Assembly: GCA_032251355.1 (NCBI GenBank)
Contig: JAVVDV010000002.1
Location: forward strand, 66,253 to 130,252
Length of the DNA: 64,000 bases
Source of the DNA: Wenzhouxiangellaceae bacterium
GTDB taxonomy: Bacteria > Pseudomonadota > Gammaproteobacteria > Xanthomonadales > Wenzhouxiangellaceae
Reading direction: 5' to 3'
Shown here: in pieces, positions 37,999 through 48,049 of the stretch
Numbering within the stretch: the first letter of the stretch is position 1
How the letters are laid out: each line of letters opens with the position of its first letter
Translations under genes and position numbers: made by a program
Notes under the pieces: generated by a model
What the model saw: only the letters and a program-made list of their open reading frames with translations
Databases searched by the model: none
Told to the model about the DNA's origin: nothing

Positions 37999-40900
37999 TC
38001 AGCGCTTGAACTCGCGCAGCACTTCCGGCCAGCCGTCGCCGCCCAGCCAGCCCCGCACATGCTCGACTTCCAGCGGGCGACTGATCAGGTAACCCTGCAG
38101 GCCATCCACCTCGGAAGTGGCCAGCTCGGCAAACTCCGCGTCCAGCTCCACACCTTCGGCGATCACCTTGAGGCCAAGCGCATGCCCCATCTCGATCGCC
38201 GCCTTGACCAGCTGGCGCTTGCGCTCATCACGGTCCAGCCCGCGCACGAAGCCGCGGTCGATCTTGACTGCCGTGAACGGATAGTCGCGCAGGTAGCTCA
38301 GCGACGAGTAACCGGTCCCGAAGTCGTCCATGGCGATGCCGACATCCAGCGAACGCAGCCGCGCCAGCGTCACCTGCAGGTCCTCGCCGGCAGCCAGCAG
38401 GACGTTTTCGGTGATTTCAATCTCCAGCGCCGAACCCGGCAAGCCGGCGTGGTGCAGGCGCTGCTCGATGAAGTCGACCAGGTCCGGATCGCGCAGCTGG
38501 TGCGGCGACATGTTGACCGCCAGCTGCAACTCCGGGTGACCGGCTGCACGCCAGCGAGCCAGTCGGCCGAGCCCCTCCTCGAACACGTGCGCACCCAGTT
38601 CGAGGATGCGCCCGGTCTGCTCGGCGATGCGAATGAATTCATCCGGCGGCACGTTGCCCAGTTCCGGATGCTGCCAGCGCATCAGCGACTCCATTGCCCC
38701 GACCCGGCCGGTCAGCAGGCAGAAAATCGGCTGGTAGACCGAGCGGATCTCGCCACGCACCAGCGCCGAGTGGATGTGCTCCTCAATCAGGGCCGCGCGC
38801 GAGACAGCCTCGTTCATCTCGGGCGTAATGAACTGGTAACGGCTGCGACCGGAACGCTTGGCGTGGTACATCGCCGTATCGGCCTTCTGCAACAACTGGC
38901 TGGCCGAATCCCCATCTTCCGGACTGACGGCAATGCCGATGCTGGTGGTGAGCACGAACTCGTGATTTTCCACCGTCAGCGGCTCGCGGAACGCGGCGAC
39001 GATCTTGCGCGCAATGGCCGCCAGATCATCGGGTCGGTCGAAATCTTCAACGATCACCACGAACTCGTCGCCACCGATCCGCGCGACCGCATCATTCTCG
39101 CGAAACAGCCCGGACAGCCGGCGCGCGGCATCCACCAGGATGGCATCGCCGCATTCGTGACCGAGGGTGTCATTGACCTTCTTGAAACGATCGAGATCCA
39201 TGAACATCACGGCGACATGACCATCTTCGCGTCGCCGGCGGGCCAGCGCCTGCTCGATCTGCTGCTGTGCGAACATTCGATTCGGCAGCCCGGTCAGGTA
39301 GTCGAAGTGGGCCAGCTCGAACATCCGCCGCTCGACCTTCTTGGCCTCGGTGATGTCCTGCGAAAAACCGCGCAACAGCGGCCGGTCGTCGTCTTCCAGG
39401 TCCAGTTCGGCCGATACTCTTAGCCAACGCTCCTCGCCGTTACCAACGTTCCGGATCCGGTGCTCGATCTGCAGCACGCGCCCGGAACGCAGTGTTTCGG
39501 CGAGGTGTTCGCTTGCCATCGCGCGGTCCTCTTCGGGCATCAGCGCCAGAATCTCGGCCATCAGCATCTGCTTTTCGCCGATTCCGATCAATCGGCGAGC
39601 CTCATCGGAGGCCTCGAACACGTCGTTCTCGATATCCCACTGCCAGCTGCCCATGCCGGCCAGCACCTCGGCATGCTCGCGCATCGCCTCGACCTGGCGG
39701 ATGCGTTTCGTGGCCTGGCGGTGCTGCAGCGCTGCACCCACCAGCTCGGCCAGCAGCACCAGGGTCGTAATTTCCTCGTCGACGAAGGTATGCAGACTGA
39801 TACCCGTATCCATGCCGATAATGCCGATCAGCCGACCCGCCGCCACGACTGGCAGGGCGATCAAGGAACGGACCTCGAGCTGTTCCAGCACCTCGCGCTC
39901 CGAGCCCCATTCCGCAGGCAGGCGCGCGACATCGTGGATCACCACCGGCTCGTTGCGCTCGAGCTGCCGTACCATCTGTGACAGCGGCTCGAGCGACTGG
40001 TCCTGCAGCAGGTCACGCTGCGAGGCCGCGCCTTCGGCTACCCACTCGTGGGTGTTGGTGTACCGCGTCATATCGTCGCTGAAGCGGATGAAGTAGGCCC
40101 GCTCCATGTTGCAGCGCAGGCCGAGGCCTTCCAGCGCCTCGTCGAGCACGCGATCGAAATCGCCGATCTCCGAGGCCAGGAAGCGCTGCGAGACCCGCAC
40201 AATCCATTGCTGCAGGTCGACCACGTAGATGCGCGCCGCCTCGACTTCCTTGAGCTCGGAGATGTCGATCATCGCGCCGACCAGGCGCGCAGGGCCGTCT
40301 GTCAGCGGCACGACATTGACGTAGTCGCGCAACCACACAGTCCGACCATCGGCGCTGATCGCGCGGTAGTCGAACACATGGCTGCGGCCTTGTTCGGACG
40401 ACACCCGGCAGAATTCAGGTGCCCATTCGCGATCTTCGGGATGCATGATCGAGAGCCAGAACGACTTATCGTTCAGCCAGCGATCGGCGGGATAACCCAG
40501 CAGTTTCTCGGCCTCTGGGCTGATGTAGTCAAAAGTGAACGAACCGGCCCGGCCCTCCCACAGGATCGCCATGGTCGACTCGACCATGTTGCGGTAGCCG
40601 CGCATTTCAGCTTCCGAGCGCTTCGCCAGGTCGGCAAAGTTCAACGCGGTGTCGATGTGCTCGACCACCAGCGCTGAGAATCGGCGCGCCATGACCAGCA
40701 TGGCGACGAGGAACAACAACAAAATGGCAGCGATCGTCAGCGACATCCCCTCATCGGATTGCGCGAGCTGCCAGGCATAGGGCAGCAGCATCGGCAGGAT
40801 GTACAGCCACACCGCCTGCCAGGCCACGCCGAGATTGATGACCGATCCGGCCCCCAGCCCGGCGACGATGAACGCCATCGGCACCTGGAAATCGCGGAAG

Positions 40901-41256
40901 GCGTCGTCGACGAACAGCCATGCGCCGCTGCCCCAGACGACACCGGCCAAAAAGGTCGTGAGCAACAGCGCAATCCACCACGGCCCGACTTCCTCCGGGG
41001 TCGGATGGATCCGTCGGTACAGCCCCATCAGCGCCAGACGCAACCCGGACAACAGCAGGAATGCGATCAGCCAGGCCAGCATGGCCGGGTCGTACCACGG
41101 ACGCGGCACGCCCCAGACCAGCAGCAGGGCACCCAGCGTGGTCAGGACAACAATGGTCGGGATTGCGCCGAACAGCCGCCGCACCTGCTCGGCGCGGATC
41201 GCGGGTCCGTGATCCGCGTCGGCTTCGCTGATCCGCTGAATTGCGCCGTCGCCCAT
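37999..41256 (-). CDS. Multi-TM sensor-PAS-GAF-PAS-GGDEF-EAL signalling protein
   Basis: Start probably ATG 41256 (MGDGAIQRI); the ORF-track start 41454 would overlap the divergent gene. About 7-8 N-terminal TM helices. GGDEF (REND-AVARI-GGDEF). EAL domain with ESL in place of EAL (AMESLMRWQHP) and DDFGTGYSSL. Confidence 0.85.
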   Translation of the reverse strand: MGDGAIQRISEADADHGPAIRAEQVRRLFGAIPTIVVLTTLGALLLVWGVPRPWYDPAMLAWLIAFLLLSGLRLALMGLYRRIHPTPEEVGPWWIALLLTTFLAGVVWGSGAWLFVDDAFRDFQVPMAFIVAGLGAGSVINLGVAWQAVWLYILPMLLPYAWQLAQSDEGMSLTIAAILLLFLVAMLVMARRFSALVVEHIDTALNFADLAKRSEAEMRGYRNMVESTMAILWEGRAGSFTFDYISPEAEKLLGYPADRWLNDKSFWLSIMHPEDREWAPEFCRVSSEQGRSHVFDYRAISADGRTVWLRDYVNVVPLTDGPARLVGAMIDISELKEVEAARIYVVDLQQWIVRVSQRFLASEIGDFDRVLDEALEGLGLRCNMERAYFIRFSDDMTRYTNTHEWVAEGAASQRDLLQDQSLEPLSQMVRQLERNEPVVIHDVARLPAEWGSEREVLEQLEVRSLIALPVVAAGRLIGIIGMDTGISLHTFVDEEITTLVLLAELVGAALQHRQATKRIRQVEAMREHAEVLAGMGSWQWDIENDVFEASDEARRLIGIGEKQMLMAEILALMPEEDRAMASEHLAETLRSGRVLQIEHRIRNVGNGEERWLRVSAELDLEDDDRPLLRGFSQDITEAKKVERRMFELAHFDYLTGLPNRMFAQQQIEQALARRRREDGHVAVMFMDLDRFKKVNDTLGHECGDAILVDAARRLSGLFRENDAVARIGGDEFVVIVEDFDRPDDLAAIARKIVAAFREPLTVENHEFVLTTSIGIAVSPEDGDSASQLLQKADTAMYHAKRSGRSRYQFITPEMNEAVSRAALIEEHIHSALVRGEIRSVYQPIFCLLTGRVGAMESLMRWQHPELGNVPPDEFIRIAEQTGRILELGAHVFEEGLGRLARWRAAGHPELQLAVNMSPHQLRDPDLVDFIEQRLHHAGLPGSALEIEITENVLLAAGEDLQVTLARLRSLDVGIAMDDFGTGYSSLSYLRDYPFTAVKIDRGFVRGLDRDERKRQLVKAAIEMGHALGLKVIAEGVELDAEFAELATSEVDGLQGYLISRPLEVEHVRGWLGGDGWPEVLREFKR

Positions 41257-41435
41257 GCTGTGCCGTATGCTCCCCGAAAAGGTCTTGATGCGGCGCGGTT
41301 GTTGTGCCTGGCGCACCCGAATCACTGGACGGGCACCGAACCGGTAACGGGTTGCACGCCGTGTGAACGAGCCTACTGTAGCCGATTCATGACACCTGAG
41401 TAAACTGCGCCTCGCTCGGCGCCAGAACGCTTGCC

Positions 41436-42917
41436 ATGACCGAAACCTCATCAATTCGCACCGCCATCCTGGGCGCCGGCTTCGGCGGCATCGCCACGGC
41501 CGTGCAGCTGGACCGACGGGGCGAGCGCGACTGGCGCCTGTTCGAGCGCGCCGCGGGCATTGGCGGCACCTGGTGGCACAACCGCTACCCCGGCTGTGCC
41601 TGCGATGTGCCCTCGCACCTGTACTCGCTGTCGTTCTTCCCCAACCCCGACTGGACCCGTCGCTTCGCGCCGGCCGCCGAAATCCAGGCCTACCTCGAAC
41701 GCGCGGTCGATCAGTTCAGCCTGCGCGGCCGGATTCTTCTGGACAACGGCATCCGCCGCATGCAGTGGCAGGCCGACACAGCGCGCTGGCATCTTGAAGA
41801 TGATGCCGGCCGACACTGGCAGGCCGAGTTCGTGGTGCTGGCCACCGGCGGGCTGTCGCGCCCGGCGGTGCCGGCCATCGATGGACTGGACACGTTCGGC
41901 GGTGCGATCGTGCACACCGGGCGCTGGCCGGAAAACTTCGACCTGACGGGTAAGCGCGTGTCCGTAATCGGCACCGGTGCCTCGGCCGCGCAGCTGGTAC
42001 CGGCAATCGTCGACCGCGTGCGCGCGCTGAGCGTCTACCAGCGCACCCCGCACTGGATCCTGCCGCGCCCGGACCGATCCATATCCACACCTCAGCGTCG
42101 GCTGTACCGGCGTTTTCCGATACTGCAAAAGCTCGTTCGATTCGGCATCTGGCTGGTGTCCGAGGCGCGCGTGCCGGGGCTGGCCTGGGATAACCGGCTG
42201 GCGCTGGCGCATCGCGCGCTGGCCGACCGCCACCGCCGCAAGCAGGTGGCCGATCCGGATCTGCGCGCACGGCTGCGACCGGATTTCGACATCGGCTGCA
42301 AGCGCGTGATCCTGTCGAGCGACTGGTACCCATCGCTTGCCCGCGAGCACGTCGAACTGGTAACGACACCGATCCGAAAGATCACGCGCGATGCAGTCGT
42401 CACCAATGATGGCCAGACGCGCGGAAGCGACGTCCTGATCCTCGCCACCGGCTTCCGGGCGACCGATCCGGTGCCGCGCGGGCTGATCATCGGTCGCGAT
42501 GGGCGCGACCTCGGCGCGGACTGGCAAGACGGCCCCGAGGCCTGGCGCGGCGTCGCCGTACACGGCTTTCCCAACCTGTTTCTGACCCTCGGACCCAACA
42601 CCGCACTCGGCCACAACTCGGTACTGCTGATGATCGAAGCCCAGGCCGAATTCATCGCCCGCGCCATCGCCGGCGCCCGAGGTGAGATTCTTGAAATCGC
42701 AGGCGGCGAGCAGGACTGCTACAACGCCTGGCTGCAGCAGCGCCTGGCCGGCACGGTCTGGAACGGCGGCGGCTGTTCGAGCTGGTACCTGCACCCGCGC
42801 AGCGGAAAGAACTGCACATTGTGGCCGGGTTTCACCTGGCAATACCGTCGTATGATGCGGCGAGCCGACCCGGCCGCACTGCACGTCGCCGCGCGCGGCA
42901 CGCCGCCTTCGACCTGA
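41436..42917 (+). CDS. Baeyer-Villiger-type flavin-containing monooxygenase
   Basis: FAD GxGxxG ILGAGFGGIA. Exact BVMO fingerprint FxGxxxHxxxWP (FGGAIVHTGRWP). Second Rossmann VSVIGTGASAAQL. Confidence 0.82.
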   Translation: MTETSSIRTAILGAGFGGIATAVQLDRRGERDWRLFERAAGIGGTWWHNRYPGCACDVPSHLYSLSFFPNPDWTRRFAPAAEIQAYLERAVDQFSLRGRILLDNGIRRMQWQADTARWHLEDDAGRHWQAEFVVLATGGLSRPAVPAIDGLDTFGGAIVHTGRWPENFDLTGKRVSVIGTGASAAQLVPAIVDRVRALSVYQRTPHWILPRPDRSISTPQRRLYRRFPILQKLVRFGIWLVSEARVPGLAWDNRLALAHRALADRHRRKQVADPDLRARLRPDFDIGCKRVILSSDWYPSLAREHVELVTTPIRKITRDAVVTNDGQTRGSDVLILATGFRATDPVPRGLIIGRDGRDLGADWQDGPEAWRGVAVHGFPNLFLTLGPNTALGHNSVLLMIEAQAEFIARAIAGARGEILEIAGGEQDCYNAWLQQRLAGTVWNGGGCSSWYLHPRSGKNCTLWPGFTWQYRRMMRRADPAALHVAARGTPPST

Positions 42918-42940
42918 ACCGACCCGGAGCCCGAACCCCA

Positions 42941-44635
42941 ATGCCGCATGTGCGCTCGATTCGATGGCAGCGGTCGACACGATTGTGGCTTTGCGCTGCA
43001 CTCGTGCTGCTGCTCGCCGTGATCGGGCCGGCGCGGGCGGCCGGCGAGGTGCCGCTCCGGATCACTCCATTGGATGACCCGAGTGCCGCGGCGGTGATCG
43101 GCTGCCCGGCCGACTCGGCGCGCAGCCAGGGGCGCAACTGGTTCAGCGGCAGCGGGGCATGGCGCATCACGATCGAACGCGGCTGGCGGGATCAACCCGG
43201 CCGAATGCTGGTGCTGGACTATCCGTTCGGCAGCGAATTCCGCATTCACGACAATCCCGATTCACCGCCGCTGCGGCGCACCAAGCGCGGCCCGGACCGC
43301 GATCCGAGCTGGCCCGCGCGCCTGGCGGTGGTGGCGCTGGATGACACCCTGACCGATGGTACGGTCATCGATATCTGCCTGCGCCAGACCCTCGGTCGTG
43401 CGGTCGCGGCGCGCGTGGTCGAGGAATCCAGCCTGCGCGCCGAGGTGCGCAAGAACGCACTGCTCAACGGCATCGCGCTCGGCGGGCTGGGGGCGATGGC
43501 GCTGGCCGGCGTCGGCATGACGCTGGCGATCGGCAGCACGACCTTCCTGCTGATCTCGCTTGGTCTGGCCGGCGCGATGCTGTACCTGGTGACCGGCCAC
43601 GGCACCGTCTACGAGCTGCCGCTGCTGGCCATGATTGCCGATCAGTGGTCGCTGCAACGCATCGGCGGCAACCTCTCCGTCCTGACCCTGGGACTGGGGC
43701 TGTCGCGCCTGGTCGAATTGCCGCAACGCCATCCCCGCATCAACAGCCTGTTGCGGCTGGCGCTGGCGCTGGTCGCGCTGCTGCTGCTGGCATTGCTGGT
43801 CCCCGCGATCAGTCGCGCCGATTGGCCGGCGACGGTCGGCAATCTGCTGTTGATCGCCGTGTCGATTCTGCTGTTCGGCACCGCTGCTCGCGATGCACTG
43901 CGCGGTCACCGCAGCTCGCGCAAGCTGCTTTTGGCCTGGAGTCCACCGTTCCTGGTGGCAGTCGCGCTTACGGTCGATGTGATGACGGGCGCCAGCGTCA
44001 GCGCGCTGATCGAGGCGCTGTTCCCGGCCGCACTGGCGGTATCGAGCACGGCATTGTTCTTCGAACTGGCCGACACCATCGGTCGAGTGCGCTCCGAGCG
44101 CGACCGGGCCGAACGGCGTGCCGACCGCGACGACCTGACCGGCGCACTGGCGCGCGCGTCCTTCGACCAGGCACTGTTTGCGGCACGCAAGCGTGCGCTG
44201 TCCAAGAATCAAGCATTGTCAGCCCTGTTCATCGATCTGGACCGCTTCAAGCAGATCAACGACGAATACGGCCATGCCGTCGGCGATCGTGCGCTGGTGC
44301 GGGTCGTTGGCATCATCGAGACCTGCCTGCGCGACGGCGACCGCCTCGGTCGCTACGGCGGCGAGGAGTTCGTCGTTCTGCTCGAACAGGTCGACGCCGA
44401 AGGTGCGCTGGAAATCGCCGAGCGCGTCCGCGAGCGGATTGCCAATCATGGACGGCCACTGCAAGCGAAGCTGCCGGCGATGACCGTCTCGATCGGTATC
44501 GCCGAACTCGACCGCGCGTACCACGAATCGGCCCGTTCGCTGATCGAACGCGCCGACACGGCACTGCGCTGGTGCAAGGAACACGGACGTGACCAGATTC
44601 GGCTGGCACCCGTTCCGAATTCGTCCGACCGATGA
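42941..44635 (+). CDS. Diguanylate cyclase with periplasmic domain and 7-TM module (7TMR-DISM-like architecture)
   Basis: Start ATG 42941 (signal peptide LWLCAALVLLLAVIGPARAAG). About 170-aa periplasmic domain, about 7 TM helices, GGDEF domain with I-site (RDGD-RLGRY-GGEEF). Confidence 0.8.
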   Translation: MPHVRSIRWQRSTRLWLCAALVLLLAVIGPARAAGEVPLRITPLDDPSAAAVIGCPADSARSQGRNWFSGSGAWRITIERGWRDQPGRMLVLDYPFGSEFRIHDNPDSPPLRRTKRGPDRDPSWPARLAVVALDDTLTDGTVIDICLRQTLGRAVAARVVEESSLRAEVRKNALLNGIALGGLGAMALAGVGMTLAIGSTTFLLISLGLAGAMLYLVTGHGTVYELPLLAMIADQWSLQRIGGNLSVLTLGLGLSRLVELPQRHPRINSLLRLALALVALLLLALLVPAISRADWPATVGNLLLIAVSILLFGTAARDALRGHRSSRKLLLAWSPPFLVAVALTVDVMTGASVSALIEALFPAALAVSSTALFFELADTIGRVRSERDRAERRADRDDLTGALARASFDQALFAARKRALSKNQALSALFIDLDRFKQINDEYGHAVGDRALVRVVGIIETCLRDGDRLGRYGGEEFVVLLEQVDAEGALEIAERVRERIANHGRPLQAKLPAMTVSIGIAELDRAYHESARSLIERADTALRWCKEHGRDQIRLAPVPNSSDR

Positions 44636-45315
44636 TACGAGCAATAACACCGCGACGCGAATCATCCGGACGCCTTGTCTTCACGTTCGGCGCGCTGCTG
44701 ATGATGATCGCCACGACTTCAGCGGCTGAGCGGATCCTGCCGGCCGAGCTCGCCGCCGCCCCCGCGCAGACCTTCGCCGGTGACACCGACTACCGGCTCG
44801 CATCGGGAAGCGACAGCCGTGCCGAGCATCCGGCGCTGCATGGGCTGTGCACCGCGGCAACGGCCTCCGGCCACCTGCTTGAGACCCGCGTCGATCTGGC
44901 GCAGACTCCGATCCTGCGCTGGCGCTGGCGGGTCGATCGCGGCCCGGTCGGGGTCGATCCGCGCACGCGCGAGGGCGACGACCATGCCGCGCGCATCTAC
45001 CTGGTGCATGAACGCTGGCCGCGCTGGCGCAGTCGCGTGGTCAGCTACGTGTGCTCGCTGACCGAGCCGGCCGGTGCGGATTGGCCGAACCCGTATTCGG
45101 CGCAGTTCGCGATGGTCGCGGTGGCCGGACGCGAGGCGGCGCTGGGGCAATGGCGCGACGAGCAACGTGATGTCGCGGCCGATTTCCAGCGTCTGCATGG
45201 GCTGCAGATCGACCGCATCGACGCGCTGGCGGTGATGACCGACTGCGACAACACCGACCAGCCGGCCGAGGCCTGGTACGGACCGATCGAATGGCATGCG
45301 GCCGAACCGGACTGA
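44632..45315 (+). CDS. DUF3047-like secreted protein
   Basis: ATGA overlap with the cyclase gene. Signal peptide. Motifs LRWRWRVD and DDHAARIYLV recall DUF3047. Confidence 0.5.
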   Translation: MIRAITPRRESSGRLVFTFGALLMMIATTSAAERILPAELAAAPAQTFAGDTDYRLASGSDSRAEHPALHGLCTAATASGHLLETRVDLAQTPILRWRWRVDRGPVGVDPRTREGDDHAARIYLVHERWPRWRSRVVSYVCSLTEPAGADWPNPYSAQFAMVAVAGREAALGQWRDEQRDVAADFQRLHGLQIDRIDALAVMTDCDNTDQPAEAWYGPIEWHAAEPD

Positions 45316-45433
45316 AATCTGCCGGCCACACCGTGCAACGGCGCCCCAGCGATGGCCCACGCTGCCGGACACGGCGGTAGCATGACGGCCTGACGGCGTG
45401 CAATTGGGCACGTCGTCAACGATCGGGAATCGC

Positions 45434-47599
45434 ATGATCGAGTTCATCGCCACCGCGCCGCGCGGGCTGGAAGAACTGCTGGCCGCCGAGCTCGGCGGGC
45501 TGGGGCTGGATACCCGAGTCCGGGGACCGGGTGCGGTCGTGTTCGAAGGACGGCTGCCGGATGCCTACCGCGCCTGCCTGTGGTCGCGCGTGGCCAATCG
45601 GGTGCTGCTGCCGCTGGCCGCGTTCGAAGCCGACGACGGTGATGCGCTGTATGCCGGCGCCGGCACCATCGATTGGACCGAGCACCTCGACCCGGGCCGC
45701 ACGCTGGCGGTCAGCTGCACCGGCCAGCGCCCGGCGATTACGCATGGTCGCTATGCCGAGCAGCGGGTCAAGGATGCGGTTGTCGACCAGTTGCGAACGG
45801 CCAGCGGCGAGCGTCCTTCGGTGGACACCCGATCGCCCGATGCGCGGCTGCACCTGCATCTGGCCGGCAGCCGCGCCGAACTCGCGCTCGACCTGGCCGG
45901 CGACAGCCTGCACCGGCGCGGCTACCGCGAACCCGGAACGCGCGCGCCGCTGAAGGAAAACCTGGCCGCGGCCATGCTGCTGCGCGCCGGCTGGCCGGGC
46001 ATCGCTTCAGCCGGCGGTGCTTTGTGCGACCCCATGACCGGCTCGGGCACGCTGCCGATCGAGGCGGCCTGGATCGCCGGCGATGTCGCGCCGGGACTCA
46101 ACCGCACCCGCTTCGGCTTTCTTCGCTGGCGCGGGCACGATGATGCGGCCTGGAAGGACCTGGTCGACGAGGCGATCGAGCGCGAACAGGCCGGGCGGGC
46201 GCGCATTCCCGTCATCATCGGCCACGATCGCGACCCGGCTGCGATCAAGGTCGCGCGCGCCAACGTCGAACGCGCCGGCCTGACCGGAAAGGTGCGGATT
46301 GAATGCAGCGAACTCGGCACCCTGCGCGCACCCGATGGTCTCGAACACGGCCTGGTCGCGGTCAACCCGCCATATGGTGAACGGCTGGCCAGCACGCCGG
46401 AACTGTTGCCGCTGTACCTGCAGCTCGGCCGCGTATTGAAGACCGGCTTCCCCGGCTGGCGCGCGATCGTGCTCAACGGCGCCGGCTGCGAGCTGGGCCT
46501 GAAACCCGAACGCAGCTGGCAGATGGACAACGGCCCGATCCGCTGCCGACTGGAGCGCTTCGAACTGGCCGCGGCCAGCCCCGGATACGACACGGCGGCC
46601 GACGACAGTCCCGCGGCGATGCCCGCGCCGGATCTGGTCAATCGCATCCGCAAGAACCAGCGTCAATTGCGCAAATGGCTGGCGCGTGAGGCGATCAGCT
46701 GCTACCGGGTCTACGACGCCGACATTCCCGAATACGCGCTGGCCGTGGATGTTTACGGCAGCGAGCAGGGCGACTGGCTGCATGTGCAGGAATATGCGCC
46801 GCCGAAACAGGTCGACGAACGCGCCGCACGAACCCGGCTGCGCGACGCGCTGGCTGCCCTGCCCGACGCGCTGGACATCGACCCGGCGCGCCTGGTGTTC
46901 AAGGTGCGCGAGCGCCAGCGCGGCGCGCAACAGTATCGGCAACTGGGCCACCGCGGCGAATTCCTGACTGTGAACGAAGCCGGTTGCCGGCTGCTGGTCA
47001 ACCTCACCGACCATCTCGATACCGGCCTGTTTCTCGACCACCGCCCGCTGCGCCGCTGGCTGCAGGAAAACGCGCGCGGCAAGCGCTTTCTCAACCTGTT
47101 CTGCTATACCGGCGCGGCCACCGTGCACGCCGCGCGCGGCGGCGCGCGCAACACCACCAGCATCGACCTGTCCAACACCTATCTCGACTGGCTCCAGCGC
47201 AACCTGGCACTGAACGGTCTCGACGATGGCCACCAGCGCGTCATCCGGGCCGATGTGCTGGACTGGCTCCAGCGCGCCGATGAGCGCTTCGAACTGATCT
47301 TCCTCGACCCGCCGAGTTTCTCGAACTCGAAGAAAATGGACGGCGCGCTGGACCTGCAACGCGACCATGCCGATCTGATCGACCAGGCCATGCGTCTGCT
47401 CGCGCGCGGCGGCGTGCTGGTGTTCTCGACCAACCGCAAGCGCTTCGCGCTCGACCCGGCCTTGAGCGAGCGCTACGCCATCGACGACCGCAGCGCCTGG
47501 TCGATTCCGCGCGACTTCGCACGCAACCGCAGCATCCACCGCTGCTACTTCATCCGCCACCGCGAGGCGAGCGCCCCAACGGAGGACCATCCGACATGA
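45434..47599 (+). CDS. rlmL: Bifunctional 23S rRNA (guanine2445-N2)/(guanine2069-N7) methyltransferase RlmKL
   Basis: Start ATG 45434 (MIEFIATAPRGLEELLA). THUMP region, first MTase with NPPYGERL, second MTase with FLNLFCYTGA and IFLDPPSFSNSK. Confidence 0.9.
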   Translation: MIEFIATAPRGLEELLAAELGGLGLDTRVRGPGAVVFEGRLPDAYRACLWSRVANRVLLPLAAFEADDGDALYAGAGTIDWTEHLDPGRTLAVSCTGQRPAITHGRYAEQRVKDAVVDQLRTASGERPSVDTRSPDARLHLHLAGSRAELALDLAGDSLHRRGYREPGTRAPLKENLAAAMLLRAGWPGIASAGGALCDPMTGSGTLPIEAAWIAGDVAPGLNRTRFGFLRWRGHDDAAWKDLVDEAIEREQAGRARIPVIIGHDRDPAAIKVARANVERAGLTGKVRIECSELGTLRAPDGLEHGLVAVNPPYGERLASTPELLPLYLQLGRVLKTGFPGWRAIVLNGAGCELGLKPERSWQMDNGPIRCRLERFELAAASPGYDTAADDSPAAMPAPDLVNRIRKNQRQLRKWLAREAISCYRVYDADIPEYALAVDVYGSEQGDWLHVQEYAPPKQVDERAARTRLRDALAALPDALDIDPARLVFKVRERQRGAQQYRQLGHRGEFLTVNEAGCRLLVNLTDHLDTGLFLDHRPLRRWLQENARGKRFLNLFCYTGAATVHAARGGARNTTSIDLSNTYLDWLQRNLALNGLDDGHQRVIRADVLDWLQRADERFELIFLDPPSFSNSKKMDGALDLQRDHADLIDQAMRLLARGGVLVFSTNRKRFALDPALSERYAIDDRSAWSIPRDFARNRSIHRCYFIRHREASAPTEDHPT

Positions 47600-48045
47600 A
47601 CACACCCGACCCTTTCCTTCAGGCGGCCATCGACGAGGCGCACACCGGCCTGGCCGAAGGCGGCATTCCGATCGGTTCGGTGCTGGTGCACGACGGCCGC
47701 ATCGTCGGCCGCGGCCACAACCGCCGCATCCAGCGCGGCAGCGCCGTACTGCACGGCGAGATGGACGCGCTCGAAAACGCAGGCCGACTGCCAGCAGAGG
47801 TCTACCGCCAGTCCACGCTCTACACCACGCTGTCGCCGTGCAGCATGTGTTCCGGCGCAATCGTGCTCTACGGCATCCCGCGCGTGGTGATCGGCGAGAA
47901 CCGGACCTTCCTCGGCGAGGAAGCCTGGCTGACCGAGCGCGGCGTGCAGCTGACGGTGGTCGACGATGCCGACTGCATCGCACTGATGCGCGGCTTCATC
48001 GACAGCTCGCCGGAACTGTGGAACGAGGACATCGGCCAGCCCTGA
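47596..48045 (+). CDS. Cytosine deaminase of the small CDA-fold (yeast Fcy1-like) type
   Basis: Zinc motifs HGEMDALEN and LSPCSMCSGAI. The stretch LYTTLSPC.MC.GAI..YGIPR.V.GEN and the C-terminal F......WNEDIGQ closely follow my recollection of Fcy1. ATGA overlap with rlmL. Confidence 0.75.
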   Translation: MNTPDPFLQAAIDEAHTGLAEGGIPIGSVLVHDGRIVGRGHNRRIQRGSAVLHGEMDALENAGRLPAEVYRQSTLYTTLSPCSMCSGAIVLYGIPRVVIGENRTFLGEEAWLTERGVQLTVVDDADCIALMRGFIDSSPELWNEDIGQP

Positions 48046-48049
48046 GCGC

